From Mobula hypostoma (lineage: Eukaryota), in contig NC_086097.1 of assembly GCF_963921235.1 (NCBI RefSeq), forward strand, positions 208,694,001 through 208,758,000: a stretch of 64,000 nt of DNA. Reading direction: 5' to 3'. Position 1 is the stretch's first letter. Each line of letters opens with the position of its first letter. Positions 62,645-64,000 of the stretch are shown piece by piece. Under the pieces are notes generated by a model, which did not search any database, was not told the DNA's origin, and was given only the letters and a program-made list of their open reading frames with translations. The position numbers were made by a program, and so were the translations under genes.

Positions 62645-64000
62645 ATAGAGTAAAGGGAATTACAGAGGCATAAGAGAGGAGTTGGCCAGAATTGACTGGA
62701 AAAGAACACTGGCAGAGATGATGACAGAGCAGCAATGGCTGGAATTTCTGGAAACAATTTGGAAGGCACAGGATATATACATCCCAAAGTGGAAGGAGTA
62801 TTCAAAAGGCAAGATGACACAACTGTGGCTAACAAGAGAAATCAAAGGCCACATAAAAGCCAAAGAGCAGGCATATAATAGAGCAAAAATTAATGTGAAG
62901 TTAGGGGATTGGGAAGCTTTTCAATACCAACTGAAGGCAACTAAAAAAATCATTAAGAAGGTAAAGATTGAATACGGAAATAAGCTAGCCAATAATATTA
63001 AAGACAATACTAAAATAAAGTGTAAAAGAGAAGAGGGAGTGGACATTGGACCACTGGAAAACAATGCTGGAGAGGTAGTAATGGGGGACAAGGAAATGAT
63101 GGATGAACTGAGTAAGTATTTTGCATCTTTCTTCACTGTAGAAGACACTGGTGGAAGTTCCAGGAGTCAGGGTCATGAAGCGCATGAAGTTACCATTACT
63201 ATGAAGAAGGCTATTGGGAATCTGAAAGGTCTGAAGATAGATAAGTAACCTGGACCCAGGTGATATACACCCCAGGGTTCTAAAGAGGTGGCTGAAGAGA
63301 TTGTGGAGGCATTAGTAATGATCTCTCAAGAATCACTAAATTCTGGACTGGTTCCAGAAGAAAGGAAAATTGCAAATGTCACTCCACTTTTCAAGAAGGG
63401 AGGGAGGCAGAAGAAAGGAAATTATAAGCCAGTTAGTCTGACTTCACTGGTTGGGAAGATATTGGAGTTGATTGTTAAGGATGTGGTTTTGGGGTATTTG
63501 GAGGCACATGATCAAATAGGCCATAGTCAGCATGGTTTCCTCAAGGGAAAGTCTTGCCTGACAATGAGGTTTAAATTATTTGAAGAAATAACAAGCAGAA
63601 TAGATAAAGGATAATTGGTTGATATTGTGTACTTGGAATTTCAGAAGGCCCTTGACAAGGTGTCACACATGAGTCTGTTTAACAAGCTACGAGCCCATGG
63701 TCTTACAAGAAAGCTTCTAGCATGGATAAAGCAGTGGCCGATTGGCAGGAGACAAAGAGTGGGAATAAACTGAGCCTTTTCTGGTTCACTGCTGGTAACT
63801 AGTAGTTTTCTACAGGGATTTGTGTTGGGACTGATTCCTTTTACATTAAATGTCACTGATTTGGAAGATGGAATTGATGGCTTTGTTGCAAAGTTTGCAG
63901 ATGAGACAAAGATAGGTAGAGGGACAGGTAGTATCGAGGAAGTAGAGAGGCTACAGAAGGACCGAGACAGATTAGGAAAATAAGCAAAGAAATGGCAGAT
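62645..64000 (+). pseudogene. CR1 ORF2 fragment running off the window end
   Basis: ANVTPLFKKGGRQKKGNYKPVSLTS, QHGFLKGKSCLT; stops and frameshifts. Confidence 0.92.

Overview
This window is repeat-dense eukaryotic DNA, most likely intronic or intergenic sequence from a cartilaginous fish (probably a ray/batoid; inferred from the repeat repertoire only). I found no host protein-coding exon I can support. The ORFs I could assign to a protein family are all retrotransposon fragments. Contents: many CR1 LINE copies (one near full length with an SGNH-esterase ORF1 plus APE/RT ORF2); many Rex1/Babar LINE fragments; Penelope-like elements (PLEs) with GIY-YIG remnants; V-domain tRNA SINEs; three solo LTRs with target-site duplications (TSDs); a palindromic mariner-type MITE; a Tigger-like end; and a degenerate 44-bp minisatellite. 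The most interesting signal is a dense set of predicted self-cleaving ribozymes carried by mobile elements. (i) A minimal type I hammerhead motif lies in about a dozen PLE termini, with an intact core at 36726-36763 on the minus strand; several of these termini form small TSD-flanked fold-back insertions. (ii) Three mutually dissimilar, short, non-coding RTE-like elements each have an HDV-like double-pseudoknot fold near the 5' end. In one (37843-37989) the predicted cleavage site coincides with the 5' TSD; another contains a 14-nt match to the HDV genomic P3/L3 sequence. All folds were assigned by eye and family names come from recalled motifs, not database searches.
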